A stretch of 64,000 nucleotides of DNA from assembly GCA_036280075.1 (NCBI GenBank), contig DASURL010000147.1, positions 95 through 64,094 of the forward strand, in the 5' to 3' direction. Origin of the DNA: Gemmatimonadaceae bacterium (lineage in GTDB: Bacteria; Gemmatimonadota; Gemmatimonadetes; Gemmatimonadales; Gemmatimonadaceae). Every line of letters begins with the position of its first letter. The first letter of the stretch is position 1. A program made the translations under genes and the position numbers. This document shows positions 7,941-17,253 of this stretch, one piece after another. Under the pieces are notes generated by a model, which saw nothing but the letters and a program-made list of their open reading frames with translations, did not search any database and was not told where the DNA came from.

Positions 7941-8480
7941 TCAGCGCCCTCCCTTGATCAGCCGCGCCGTGACGATGCCGCTGGCGAACACCGCGGCGCC
8001 GAACAGGATGCTGCTCACCGCGAGCTGGGTGATGCCGGAGATGATGTGTCCGCTGGTGCAGCCGCCGGCGAGGCGCGCGCCGAACACGATGAGCACGCCG
8101 CCGGTGAACGCGTTCAGGTAGCGGCGGGCCGGCGTGACCTCGTTGGCATGGACGTATTCCACTGCCGGTGCCGAGGACGCGCCGCTCAGCTGCGCGGCGA
8201 CGAAGCCGCCGACGAGCAGGCCGATGACGAGCATCGTCTCCGGGGTGACGAGGCTTCCCATCTTCACGAGGTACGGATTCGCCGCCGCATACGCGGGAGC
8301 CACGCCACGCAGGACGGCGCCGACGAATCGCGGGTAGGTGCCCGATACGCCGATCGGGCCATAGAGCGCGATCGCCGCCGCGCTCACGAGGCCGAAGATG
8401 ATGCCCAGGCTGGCCCATGGGGGCAGCGACACGGCGCTCCGCCTGGCGGGCAGCTCCGTAGTGATCGTGGCATTGGTCAT
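7941..8480 (-). CDS. YeeE/YedE (DUF395) sulfur-compound transporter, first half-gene
   Basis: Only the last 179 codons (MTNATITTELP...) of the 597-aa track ORF look coding; the upstream part is Arg-rich shadow. Conserved GGCTSGH motif. ATG at 8480. Confidence 0.75.
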   Translation of the reverse strand: MTNATITTELPARRSAVSLPPWASLGIIFGLVSAAAIALYGPIGVSGTYPRFVGAVLRGVAPAYAAANPYLVKMGSLVTPETMLVIGLLVGGFVAAQLSGASSAPAVEYVHANEVTPARRYLNAFTGGVLIVFGARLAGGCTSGHIISGITQLAVSSILFGAAVFASGIVTARLIKGGR

Positions 8481-8642
8481 GGCGGCTCTCCGCGTGCGAG
8501 GTAGCATCTTCCTGCAACCGTCCGCAATGTCGCCCGAGCGCCGGCGGCCGACTGTCGGTGATCGCCCGACAGCATCTCTCCACGCTCCACCTATCGTGCA
8601 GGGGTCGCCCGCGTCGCGACGCGGCGATGCTGGACCTCGCGC

Positions 8643-9683
8643 ATGGAGGATGGTCCGATGCTCACGCGCCCGCTCGTCCGCCGAATCGCCCTCGCTGCCT
8701 GTACGATCGCCGCCGGCGCCGCGGCCGCCTGCGGAGCACCGAGCACCGACTCTCCGGCGGTGCGGCAGGAAGGCGCGGCGCGCCCGGATGCTTCCGCCGC
8801 CTTCAATCCGGCAGCGTGGCAGCCTCCCGCCGAATCGGCGATCACGCACGACTCGCTCGGTGACGCCGTGCGCCGCGGGCTCGCGCTCGTGATGCACACG
8901 CACGACAGCCTTCCCGCCTACGCGCCAGGGCGGCTCGCCTGCACCAACTGCCACATCAATGGGGGACGCACCGTGGACGCCGCGCCGCTCGCCGGCTCGC
9001 ACGCGCGCTTTCCCAAGTACATGGACCGGACGGGTGCCGTCATCGGGCTCGCTGATCGCGTGAACTACTGCTTCACGCGGAGCCTCGGCGGCAACCGGCT
9101 CCCGGTGGAGAGTCGCGAGATGCAGGACATCCTTGCCTACATCGCGTGGCTCTCCTCGGGAGTTCCGGTCGGGGAGGGGAAGGAGCTGCCGGGCGCGGAA
9201 GGGCTGCATGCGATGCCGGCGGGAATGACGGGAGACAGCGCGCGCGGCGCAATGGTTTTCGCCGCGAAGTGTGTCGCCTGCCATGGCGCGGATGGCCAGG
9301 GCAACGCGGCCATCCCGCCGGGAATTCCCCCACTGTGGGGGCCGCAGTCGTTCAGCGTCGGCGCGTCGATGGCGCGCAAGGGGAAGGCGGCATCGTTCAT
9401 CTGGTACAACATGCCCTACCTGCAGGGAAAGACGCTCACCCAGCAGCAGGCGTTCGACGTCGCCGCGTACATCACGAGCCAGCCGCGGCTCGACTCGCCG
9501 GGAAAGGAGCACGACTGGCCGGCTGGCGGCACTCCCGCCGACGTGCCGTACGCTACCGCCGGCCATTCGGCGTACCTGCCGCCGCCGCTGCTGCCGCGCG
9601 CGAATGCCAGCCAGGCGCTCGTGCCGTCGCCGTCCCCCGCGCAGCGCGCGCGTGGCACGAACAGGGCGCGCCGCGGTCAATGA
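8643..9683 (+). CDS. tsdA: Dihaem c-type cytochrome, TsdA-like (putative thiosulfate dehydrogenase)
   Basis: 346 aa. Lipoprotein-like signal (AAGAAAAC). Two CxxCH motifs (CTNCH, CVACH). A conserved Cys lies downstream of haem 1 (RVNYCFTRS), and an NMPY Met region lies after haem 2. The start could instead be Met6 (8658). Confidence 0.65.
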   Translation: MEDGPMLTRPLVRRIALAACTIAAGAAAACGAPSTDSPAVRQEGAARPDASAAFNPAAWQPPAESAITHDSLGDAVRRGLALVMHTHDSLPAYAPGRLACTNCHINGGRTVDAAPLAGSHARFPKYMDRTGAVIGLADRVNYCFTRSLGGNRLPVESREMQDILAYIAWLSSGVPVGEGKELPGAEGLHAMPAGMTGDSARGAMVFAAKCVACHGADGQGNAAIPPGIPPLWGPQSFSVGASMARKGKAASFIWYNMPYLQGKTLTQQQAFDVAAYITSQPRLDSPGKEHDWPAGGTPADVPYATAGHSAYLPPPLLPRANASQALVPSPSPAQRARGTNRARRGQ

Positions 9684-10978
9684 GCGAACGGCCGACACCC
9701 GATCATCAGCACGCCGCCGACGCGAAGATCTCACGGCGCGCCCTCATCTCCAGCGCGGCCGTCGGCGCGGGTGGCCTGCTGATGCGGAAGATCGCCGGGC
9801 CGGCGGCTGCGCAGGCGTCCGGACCCACACCGCAGCAACCCGGTGCCACCCCGCCCATGGTGCCGGACGATCCCACGCTGGTGCCCGGCGGCGGGACCAC
9901 TGCGGTGAGCGCGCGTTCGCCGTTCGAGTCGCCGGCGCGCACGCCACTCGGCGTCATCACGGGGCCCGCGTACTCGCCGCTGCAGGATCTCACCGGCACC
10001 ATCACGCCGAACGACCTGCTGTTCGAGCGCCATCACGCCGGCGTGGCCATGATCGACCCGAAGCGCTGGAAGCTGCTCGTGCATGGGCTCGTCGACCGGC
10101 CGATGATGTTCACCCTCGATGACCTGAAGCGCTTCCCGAGCGTGTCGCGCGTCCACTTCCTCGAGTGCTCCGGCAATGGCCGCGCCGCCTATCGTGAGCC
10201 GAGGCCCGACATGACGCCGCAGATCGTGGACGGCCTCACCAGCAACGGCGAGTGGACGGGCGTGCCCCTTTCGGTGCTGCTCGGCGAAGTCGGCGTCCGC
10301 GACGGTGCGAGCTGGTTCCTCGCCGAAGGCGGCGACGCCGCGAAGCTGTCGCGGAGCATCCCGATGGAGAAGGCGCGGGAAGACGCGCTGGTCGTCTACG
10401 CCTTCAACGGCGAGCCGCTGCGTCCGGCGAACGGCTATCCCGTGCGGCTCTTCCTCCCCGGCTACGAAGCCAATACCTGCGTCAAGTGGCTGCGCCGGAT
10501 CAAGCTGATCGACCAGCCGAACATGTCGCGCGACGAGACGTCGAAGTACACCGATCCGCTGCCTGACGGTACGGCGCGACAGTTCAGCTTCGTGATGGAC
10601 GTGAAGTCCGTCATCACGCAGCCCGCATATCCGGCCAGGCTCACGCGCGGGTGGAACCGGATTTCCGGGCTGGCGTGGAGTGGCCGCGGCAGGATCTCCC
10701 GCGTGGACCTGAGCACCGATGGCGGGCGCTCGTGGAGCGTTGCCGACCTGCAGGAGCCCGTGCTGTCGCGGGCACACACGCGCTTCGCGATGATGTGGGA
10801 GTGGAAAGGCGCTCCCTCCGTGCTCATGAGCCGCGCCGTGGACGAGACGGACGCCGTGCAGCCCACGCGGGCCGAGTTCCAGAAGGTTCGCGGGCGCGGC
10901 ACCGACTTCCACTTCAACCACATCCGCGCATGGAAGGTCGCCGCGGACGGCGGCGTCACGTTCGAGGGAGGCGTATGA
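9680..10978 (+). CDS. sorA: Sulfite dehydrogenase molybdopterin subunit (SorA/SoxC family)
   Basis: 432 aa starting MSERPT, with Tat-type signal SRRALISSAAVGAGG. Mo-ligand Cys motif HFLECSGNGR. ATGA overlap with the upstream cytochrome gene. The N-terminal 178 codons of the track ORF are rejected. Confidence 0.85.
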   Translation: MSERPTPDHQHAADAKISRRALISSAAVGAGGLLMRKIAGPAAAQASGPTPQQPGATPPMVPDDPTLVPGGGTTAVSARSPFESPARTPLGVITGPAYSPLQDLTGTITPNDLLFERHHAGVAMIDPKRWKLLVHGLVDRPMMFTLDDLKRFPSVSRVHFLECSGNGRAAYREPRPDMTPQIVDGLTSNGEWTGVPLSVLLGEVGVRDGASWFLAEGGDAAKLSRSIPMEKAREDALVVYAFNGEPLRPANGYPVRLFLPGYEANTCVKWLRRIKLIDQPNMSRDETSKYTDPLPDGTARQFSFVMDVKSVITQPAYPARLTRGWNRISGLAWSGRGRISRVDLSTDGGRSWSVADLQEPVLSRAHTRFAMMWEWKGAPSVLMSRAVDETDAVQPTRAEFQKVRGRGTDFHFNHIRAWKVAADGGVTFEGGV

Positions 10979-11544
10979 GACGCGCGCTGCTCACCGCGCT
11001 CGTGGTGCTCGCCGCCTCGTGCTCGGTGGAGCGGCAGTCCGACCACACGGTGCAGGTGATGGGCATCGGGCGCGCGGCGACGCCGGCCGAGATTCACGCG
11101 TGGGACATCGACGTCAATCCCACGGGGAGCAGCCTTCCACCGGGCAGCGGCACCTATGCCGCCGGCGCTTCGGTGTTCGCGCAGAAGTGCGCGGCGTGCC
11201 ACGGCGCGCATGGCGAGGGGATCGGCCCGTACCCGCGCCTCATCGGCCGCGATCCGCGCACCGGCTTTCCCTTCGGACAGGATCCAGCGTACGTGAAGAC
11301 GGTCGGCAACTACTGGCCGTACGCCACCACCCTGTTCGACTACGTGCGGCGGGCGATGCCCCTCACGCAGCCAGGCTCGCTCCGTAACGACGAGGTGTAC
11401 AGCGTGGTCGATTACCTGCTCGCCGAGAACCAGGTCGTGGGGCGCGATGCGGTGATGGACGCGCAGACCCTTCCCCGCGTGCAGATGCCGGCACGAGGCA
11501 GGTTCGTGCCCGACGACCGCGCGGGGGGCAGGACCTTCCGCTGA
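10975..11544 (+). CDS. sorB: Monohaem cytochrome c subunit of sulfite dehydrogenase (SorB-like)
   Basis: 189 aa. Lipoprotein signal (VVLAASC), a single CAACH motif, and a distal Met in RRAMPL. ATGA overlap with sorA. Confidence 0.75.
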   Translation: MRRALLTALVVLAASCSVERQSDHTVQVMGIGRAATPAEIHAWDIDVNPTGSSLPPGSGTYAAGASVFAQKCAACHGAHGEGIGPYPRLIGRDPRTGFPFGQDPAYVKTVGNYWPYATTLFDYVRRAMPLTQPGSLRNDEVYSVVDYLLAENQVVGRDAVMDAQTLPRVQMPARGRFVPDDRAGGRTFR

Positions 11545-11607
11545 GCAGCGCGTCCCGGCCGCGGCAGCCTCGGGTCTATCGCCTCCTTCGGCACGCCCCT
11601 CGCAATC

Positions 11608-12996
11608 GTGGCAGGTGGCCCTCGCGCCACCTGTTCCATGCCACGCGCTCCGACCGGCACCTACTTCATGTTCGCCACGGGGATAGAGAACTCCTATCCC
11701 ACCGTGGACGGTGGCCGCACGCGAATGGACGAGATGGCGCTCTGCCGGCACTACGATCTCTGGCGCCGCGACTTCGACCTCGTGCAGGAGATCGGGGTCA
11801 ATCACCTCCGCTACGGGCCACCCCTCTACACCACCTGGCTCGGCCACGATCACTACGACTGGGCGTTCGCCGACGAGACGTTCGGTGAGCTGAAGCGCCG
11901 CGACATCACGCCGATCACCGACCTCTGCCACTTCGGTGTCCCGGACTGGATCGGCAACTTCCAGAACCCGGAATTTCCCGAGCTGTTCGCCGAGTACGCG
12001 CGCGCTTTCGCCACGCGCTTTCCGTGGGTGCAGTTCTACACGCCGGTGAACGAGATGTACGTCTGCGCGCTCTTCTCGGCGCGCTACGGGTGGTGGAACG
12101 GACAGTTCACGAGCGACCGCGCCTTCGTCACCGCGCTCAAGCACATCGTGCGCGCCAACGTGCTCGCCATGCGCGCCATCCTGCAGGTGCGCCCGGACGC
12201 GATCTTCGTCCAGAGCGAGTCGTCCGAGTATTTCCATGCCGAGTGCCCGGCGGCCATCGGGCCGGCCGAGATGCTCAACGAGATCCGCTTCCTCTCGCTC
12301 GACCTCAACTACGGCCGGCGGGTGAGCTCGGAGATGTACATCTACCTGCTCGACCACGGCATGACGCGCGAGGAGTACCAGTTCTTCCTCGGCAAGTCGC
12401 TGAAGCACCACTGCATCATGGGGAACGACTACTACGTCACCAACGAGCACCTCGTGAACGCCGAAGGAGCAACGCGGCCAGCGGGCGAGATCTTCGGCTA
12501 TCACGTGATCACCAGCGAGTACTACGAGCGCTACGGGCTGCCGGTGATGCACACGGAGACGAACGTCGACCAGGGCGCGCGCGGCGACGAGGCGGTGAGC
12601 TGGCTGCGCAAGGAGTGGGCGAACGTGCTGCGCGTGCGCAACGACGGCGTGCCGATCCTGGGCTTCACCTGGTACTCGCTCACCGACCAGGTGGACTGGA
12701 ACAACGCCCTGCGCGAGCGGCGGAACTGCGTCAACCCGCGTGGCCTGTACGATCTCGACCGCAACATCCGCCCCGTGGGCACGGCGTACCAGCGGCTCAT
12801 CAAGGAGTGGCGTGACGTGCTGCCGACGCAGAGCGTGGTGCTGTCGCTGCCCGCGTTTCCGCCCAGCCGTCAGGACGACCCGCTGGTGGCGGCGATGGCG
12901 GCTCACGCGCGCAGCCGGCGCACGGACGCCGAGAAGTCCGAGGGTGCGCAGGTGAGCACCGGCGCGCCGCGCGCCGGCGGGAGGGGGGGAGCATGA
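11608..12996 (+). CDS. Glycoside hydrolase family 1-like protein (beta-glucosidase fold)
   Basis: 462 aa. FATGIENSYP N-terminus, acid/base-like TPVNEMY, nucleophile-like MHTETN, and an Arg/Gly-rich tail. The start is either GTG 11608 or ATG 11638. Confidence 0.7.
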   Translation: MAGGPRATCSMPRAPTGTYFMFATGIENSYPTVDGGRTRMDEMALCRHYDLWRRDFDLVQEIGVNHLRYGPPLYTTWLGHDHYDWAFADETFGELKRRDITPITDLCHFGVPDWIGNFQNPEFPELFAEYARAFATRFPWVQFYTPVNEMYVCALFSARYGWWNGQFTSDRAFVTALKHIVRANVLAMRAILQVRPDAIFVQSESSEYFHAECPAAIGPAEMLNEIRFLSLDLNYGRRVSSEMYIYLLDHGMTREEYQFFLGKSLKHHCIMGNDYYVTNEHLVNAEGATRPAGEIFGYHVITSEYYERYGLPVMHTETNVDQGARGDEAVSWLRKEWANVLRVRNDGVPILGFTWYSLTDQVDWNNALRERRNCVNPRGLYDLDRNIRPVGTAYQRLIKEWRDVLPTQSVVLSLPAFPPSRQDDPLVAAMAAHARSRRTDAEKSEGAQVSTGAPRAGGRGGA

Positions 12997-13733
12997 ACCG
13001 CTTCGATGGCAAGGTGGTGATCGTCACGGGCGCGGCGAGAGGGATCGGCCTCGCCACGGCGCAGCGCTTCGGCCGCGAAGGTGCCCGCGTCGTCATCGCC
13101 GACCGTGACATGGATCATGCGAACGCCGCCGCGGAGCAGGTCAAGCAGGCCGGCGCCCCCGACGCGTGGGCCTCCGTCTGCGACGTCTCGAACGAGGACC
13201 AGGTCTCCCGGTGCGTGGGCGACACGCTGGCGCGCGCCGGCGGCCTGCACGTGGTGGTCAACAACGCCGGGCTCATGACGTTCAAGGCCATCACCGATCT
13301 TGCCGCCGCCGACTGGACACGGGTGCTCGCCGTGGATCTCCTCGGCGCCTTCTTCTTCATCAAGCAGGCCTTCCAGCACATGAAGCCCGGAGGCACGGTG
13401 GTGAACGTGGCCAGCATCCACGCGCGGGAGACGGAGCCGATGGTGGCGCCATACGCGGCGGCGAAGGCGGCGCTCGTCTCGCTCACCAGGTCGGCGGCGC
13501 TGGAGGGACGTCCGCGCGGCATCCGGGTGAACGCCGTGCTCCCGGGCGCCGTGGACACACCCATGCTCTGGGACAATCCCAACGTGAAGGCGGGGATCGA
13601 GAAGGTGGACCGCGCGGACGTCGGTGAGCCGGCGGACATCGCCGCCGCCATCGCCTTCCTCGCCTCGGAGGATGCGAAGTTCGTCCAGGGGTCGGCGCTC
13701 GTCGTGGACGGAGGCCGGCTCGATCGTCTCTGA
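12993..13733 (+). CDS. Short-chain dehydrogenase/reductase (SDR)
   Basis: 246 aa with VTGAARGIG cofactor motif, NNAG, and catalytic YAAAK. ATGA overlap with the GH1-like gene. Confidence 0.9.
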   Translation: MNRFDGKVVIVTGAARGIGLATAQRFGREGARVVIADRDMDHANAAAEQVKQAGAPDAWASVCDVSNEDQVSRCVGDTLARAGGLHVVVNNAGLMTFKAITDLAAADWTRVLAVDLLGAFFFIKQAFQHMKPGGTVVNVASIHARETEPMVAPYAAAKAALVSLTRSAALEGRPRGIRVNAVLPGAVDTPMLWDNPNVKAGIEKVDRADVGEPADIAAAIAFLASEDAKFVQGSALVVDGGRLDRL

Positions 13734-13760
13734 GCGGCGTGGCGGCTATGTTCATCCGCA

Positions 13761-15230
13761 ATGCGCCGCCTCTCCCTCTTCGCATTCTTCCTTTCCCTCG
13801 CCGCTTGCCAGTCGGCGCCAGTCCCCGCCGCCAGCGCGAAGGCGCTCCGCTGGGGCGGCGACGCCGAGGGGGGCGCGCCGTTCGTCGAGGCCGATCCCGC
13901 CGATCCGTCCAGGGTGCGCGGCTTCGACGTGGAGATCGCCGGCATGATCGCCCACGGTCTCGGCAGGCAGCCGCAGTTCGTCCAGGTCGCATGGGCGTCC
14001 ATCGAACAATCGGTGGAGCGCGGCGACTTCGACCTCGGCATGTCGGGTGTGGAGGACCGCGCCGACCTGCGCGAGCGCCATGCGGTGAGCCTCCCGTACT
14101 ACGAGTTCCGCGAGGTGCTCGCCGTGCGGCCCGCCGACTCGGCGCGGTTCCGCACGCTCGCCGACCTTGGCGGGCACCGCGTCGGCACCCTCGCCGCCAC
14201 CGGCGCCTGGCGACTCCTGCTCGATGCCAGGGCGAAGTACGGTGTGGTGCCGGTGTCGTACGACGACGACGTCCATCCATACGAGGATCTCGTATCCGGC
14301 CGGCTGGATGCGGTCCTGCTCGACCACATCATCGCCCAGCGCTCGCTGCGCCGCACCGGAGGCTTCGTCATCCAGCCGGCGCCGGTGGCACTCGGCCACT
14401 ACGTGGTGGTGCTGGCGCACGACCGCACCGCGCTGCGCGACAGCGTGAACGCCATCCTGCTCGCCCGCATGCGCGACGGCTCGCTGGAGAAGACCTTTCG
14501 CGCCTGGGACTCGTGGGACGACGGCGAAGCGGCGTACTTCGCGCGCATGCTGGGCAACCCGCCGATTGCAGAATCACGAACGGCGTCCGCGCCGCGCTCG
14601 ATCGCGTCGTACCTGCCGAGCCTCGGCCGCGCGGCGGTGGTGACACTCGTGCTGTCGCTGCTCTCGATGACGCTCGCCGTGTGCGCCGGCGCGCTCATCG
14701 CCGCCGGCCGCGTGTACGGCGCCGCGCCGTTGCGCGTCGCACTTGCCGCGTACGTGGAAGTAGTGCGCGGCACGCCCGTGCTCCTCCAGCTCTTCGTCCT
14801 CTACTATGGGTTGTCGAGCGTCGTGCGCCTCCCCGCCTTTGCCGCCGCGGTGATCGGGCTCGGGCTCAACTATGCGGCGTACGAGTCGGAGATCTACCGG
14901 GGCGCGCTGCAGGCCATCGCACGCCCGCAGCTCGAGGCAGCGCGCACCCTTGGCCTGTCGGAGCTGCAGATCCTTCGCTTCGTGCGCGGCCCGCAGGCGC
15001 TGCGCCTCGCGCTCGCGCCCATGACCAACGACTTCGTCGCCCTGCTGAAGGACTCCTCCCTCGTGTCGGTCATCACGGTGGTGGAGCTGACGAAGCAGAC
15101 GGCGATCTACGCCACCAACATCGGAAGCTGGGTGGTGCCCGGGGCGCTGTGCGCCGCCATCTACCTCATGATGTCGCTCCCGCTCGCCCACCTCGCGCGG
15201 CGGCTGGAGCGGCGATGGAGCGCGGCGTGA
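13761..15230 (+). CDS. Polar amino-acid ABC transporter, fused periplasmic substrate-binding and permease protein
   Basis: 489 aa. Lipoprotein signal (SLAAC), an SBP type 3 domain, then a HisM/GlnP-type permease with an EAA-like loop (LEAARTLGLSELQILRFVRGPQA). Confidence 0.85.
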   Translation: MRRLSLFAFFLSLAACQSAPVPAASAKALRWGGDAEGGAPFVEADPADPSRVRGFDVEIAGMIAHGLGRQPQFVQVAWASIEQSVERGDFDLGMSGVEDRADLRERHAVSLPYYEFREVLAVRPADSARFRTLADLGGHRVGTLAATGAWRLLLDARAKYGVVPVSYDDDVHPYEDLVSGRLDAVLLDHIIAQRSLRRTGGFVIQPAPVALGHYVVVLAHDRTALRDSVNAILLARMRDGSLEKTFRAWDSWDDGEAAYFARMLGNPPIAESRTASAPRSIASYLPSLGRAAVVTLVLSLLSMTLAVCAGALIAAGRVYGAAPLRVALAAYVEVVRGTPVLLQLFVLYYGLSSVVRLPAFAAAVIGLGLNYAAYESEIYRGALQAIARPQLEAARTLGLSELQILRFVRGPQALRLALAPMTNDFVALLKDSSLVSVITVVELTKQTAIYATNIGSWVVPGALCAAIYLMMSLPLAHLARRLERRWSAA

Positions 15231-15931
15231 GCCACGCGCTCGTCGTGCGCGAGCTGCACGTCGCCCGCGGCGGCACGCCGGTGCTGCGCGGGCTCGACCT
15301 CGACGTGGAGCCGGGGGAGCTGGTGGCGCTGATGGGGGAATCCGGAGCAGGGAAGTCCACCGCTCTGCGCGCCATCATCGCCCTCGAGCCGTTCACTGCC
15401 GGCACCGTTCGCGTCGGCGACGTCGAGCTCGCAGCCGGCCCCCTTCCGCCGGAGTCGCGGCTGCGCGCGCTTCGTCGCGCCGCAGGGATGGTCTTCCAGG
15501 CGCACTCCCTGTTCGAGCACCTGCCGGCGCTGGAGAACGTGACGCTGGCCCTCGTGCACGCCAAGCACATGTCACCCGACCGCGCGCGCGAACGGGCGAT
15601 GTCGCTGTTCGAGTCGCTCGGCGTCGCGCATCGCGCGACAGCGCTGCCGCGTCAGCTCTCCGGCGGCGAGGCACAGCGCGTGGCCATCGCCCGGGCGCTC
15701 GCCCTCGATCCGCGCGTGCTGCTCATGGACGAGCCCACCGCCGCGCTCGACCCGCAGCGGCGCGATGCCCTCGGCCGCACCCTGCGCGCGCTGGCGGAGG
15801 AGGGACGCGCGCTCCTCGTCGCCACCCACGACCTGGAGTTCGCGCGGAGCTGGGCGGACCGCGTAATCGTCCTCGAGCGCGGCGTGGCGGTGCGAGAAGG
15901 ACCGGCGGCGGCCGTGCTCAGCGACGACTGA
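15215..15931 (+). CDS. Amino-acid ABC transporter ATP-binding protein
   Basis: 238 aa from ATG 15215. Walker A GESGAGKST, signature LSGGEAQR, Walker B LLMDEPT. It overlaps the permease 3' end by 16 nt. Confidence 0.9.
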   Translation: MERGVSHALVVRELHVARGGTPVLRGLDLDVEPGELVALMGESGAGKSTALRAIIALEPFTAGTVRVGDVELAAGPLPPESRLRALRRAAGMVFQAHSLFEHLPALENVTLALVHAKHMSPDRARERAMSLFESLGVAHRATALPRQLSGGEAQRVAIARALALDPRVLLMDEPTAALDPQRRDALGRTLRALAEEGRALLVATHDLEFARSWADRVIVLERGVAVREGPAAAVLSDD

Positions 15932-16205
15932 GCCGCGTCAGGACCGCGGGCGCGAGGGTGAAGGGCGACCCTCTTCGCTCGCCTCCTCTGGCAGAGTGCA
16001 ACAACTCTGGCGATCTGCACGAGTCGCAGGCTGGAAGCTCGCCGACACTCTGTCTCGAATGAATCGGTCCAGATGACCGATACATCCTGGTGATGGGCGA
16101 TTGTCAGGCAGGGTGACGAGTATCGACAATCCTGTCCATTCGGCTCCTGGCTTGCCAGAGGGAGTGGTGTTCACGTCTCCTCCCCTGGACCAGAGAGTCC
16201 CTCCA

Positions 16206-16874
16206 ATGCGACTGCCGACGATGGCACGTTCGAGAGCGAAGACGCTCGTTACGCTGGCTGCGGCGAGCCTGATGCTTGCCGCGTGCGCCGATGAGGCCAC
16301 CGCGCCGGCGGCGTCGACGCCCAGCACGCAGGAGCGCGCCTCGCGCTTCGCACCCACCGACGCCCAGCTCGACCTGGTAGGCGTCTCCGATGGTGTCTAC
16401 ACCTTCACCTTCGACCCGAGCAAGGACCAGTCGTTCGACCTCGGCCCGAACCACCTCGACATCCCGCGCAACGCGGTGTGCGACCTGGAAACGTCGTCCT
16501 ACGGCACGCAGTACTGGGACGACCGCTGCTCGCCCGAGCGCGGAACGGTGACGATCACCGCCACCATCTCGCACGCGAAGAGCGACCACCCGCGCATCGA
16601 CTTCCAGCCGGCGATGCGGTTCAACCCGAGGACCGAGGTGGTGCTGTACCTCTACGCGAAGAAGGCGTCGAAGAGCGATGCCGAGATGCTCGTCATGAAG
16701 TACTGCAGCGGTCTCCATGGCAAGTGCGTGGACGAATCGCTGACGGACAGGGACCTCGTCACGAGCGTCGACCGGCGCCACAACGTCGTCTTCCGCCGCA
16801 TCAAGCACTTCAGCGGCTACGTGGTGGCCGAGCGCGGCGGTTCGTTCAGTGATGGTTCGCTGGGCGCCTACTGA
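16206..16874 (+). CDS. Hypothetical lipoprotein
   Basis: 222 aa from MRLPTMARSRAK with lipobox LMLAAC. No recognisable domain. Confidence 0.55.
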   Translation: MRLPTMARSRAKTLVTLAAASLMLAACADEATAPAASTPSTQERASRFAPTDAQLDLVGVSDGVYTFTFDPSKDQSFDLGPNHLDIPRNAVCDLETSSYGTQYWDDRCSPERGTVTITATISHAKSDHPRIDFQPAMRFNPRTEVVLYLYAKKASKSDAEMLVMKYCSGLHGKCVDESLTDRDLVTSVDRRHNVVFRRIKHFSGYVVAERGGSFSDGSLGAY

Positions 16875-16892
16875 TCTGGAGGCGACCAGGCC

Positions 16893-17033
16893 ATGACGCG
16901 CCGCTTCACGGTCCTCGCCTTGAGTGCCATCATCGCATTCGGCTTCTTCAGCAACGCGCTCCGCGCGGTGAAGTTCGGCCGCCGCTCCGGCTACATCGTC
17001 GCCTCGAGCCGAGCGCACGAAGGTCAGATGTGA
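16893..17033 (+). CDS. Small (46 aa) single-TM protein, absent from the ORF track
   Basis: MTRRFTVLALSAIIAFGFFSNALRAVKFGRRSGYIVASSRAHEGQM. GGAGG lies 10 nt upstream of the ATG, and a strong hairpin terminator follows directly. Confidence 0.4.
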   Translation: MTRRFTVLALSAIIAFGFFSNALRAVKFGRRSGYIVASSRAHEGQM

Positions 17034-17040
17034 ACGAAGT

Positions 17041-17076
17041 GAACACGGCGGCTGCCCTCGGGCAGCCGCCGTGTTC
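17041..17076 (+). terminator. Intrinsic-terminator-like hairpin
   Basis: GAACACGGCGGCTGCC / GGCAGCCGCCGTGTTC form a 16-bp perfect stem around a short loop, followed by GTTCTT. Confidence 0.65.
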
Positions 17077-17253
17077 GTTCTTGCGCGTGCGTGAGCAGGC
17101 GCCTCACGGCGCCGTACCGAGCGAGGCGTCCTGCCAGCTTGGGCCAGTGACGACACGCACCCATGTACCGGGAAAATCCCCGCGCCCGTCATGCTTCTCC
17201 CGATTGTGACCGTTCGCCTCGCCTGACATATTCGCGCATCTCCACTCACGGAC

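Noticed and set aside
8481-9734. The N-terminal 418 codons of the 597-aa track ORF 7941-9734, which would make a giant YeeE fusion.
   Set aside because: The upstream part is Arg-rich shadow, antisense to the TsdA-like cytochrome gene. Only the last 179 codons (from ATG 8480) look like a YeeE/YedE half-transporter.
10462-12906. 814-aa minus-strand ORF antisense to sorA/sorB and the GH1-like gene. The same applies to 16104-18800 (898 aa), 26944-29448 (834 aa), 29530-31440 (636 aa), 33794-36253 (819 aa), 42526-44844 (772 aa), 45988-47610 (540 aa) and 9731-10921 (396 aa).
   Set aside because: The translations are Arg/Gly/His/Asp-rich low-complexity sequences with no motifs. They lie exactly opposite genes with strong domain signatures. 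Stop-poor antisense frames are expected in roughly 70% GC DNA.
13739-15214. The 730-aa ORF 13739-15931 read as a single protein. The same applies to the 752-aa ORF 49497-51755, the 688-aa ORF 23586-25652, the 593-aa ORF 22891-24672 and the 511-aa ORF 24578-26113.
   Set aside because: Only the 3' portions carry real domains (ABC ATPase, GalM, RnfD, RnfG, RnfC). The 5' portions overlap neighbouring bona fide genes out of frame. Internal ATG or GTG starts sit in ATGA/GTGA coupling overlaps.
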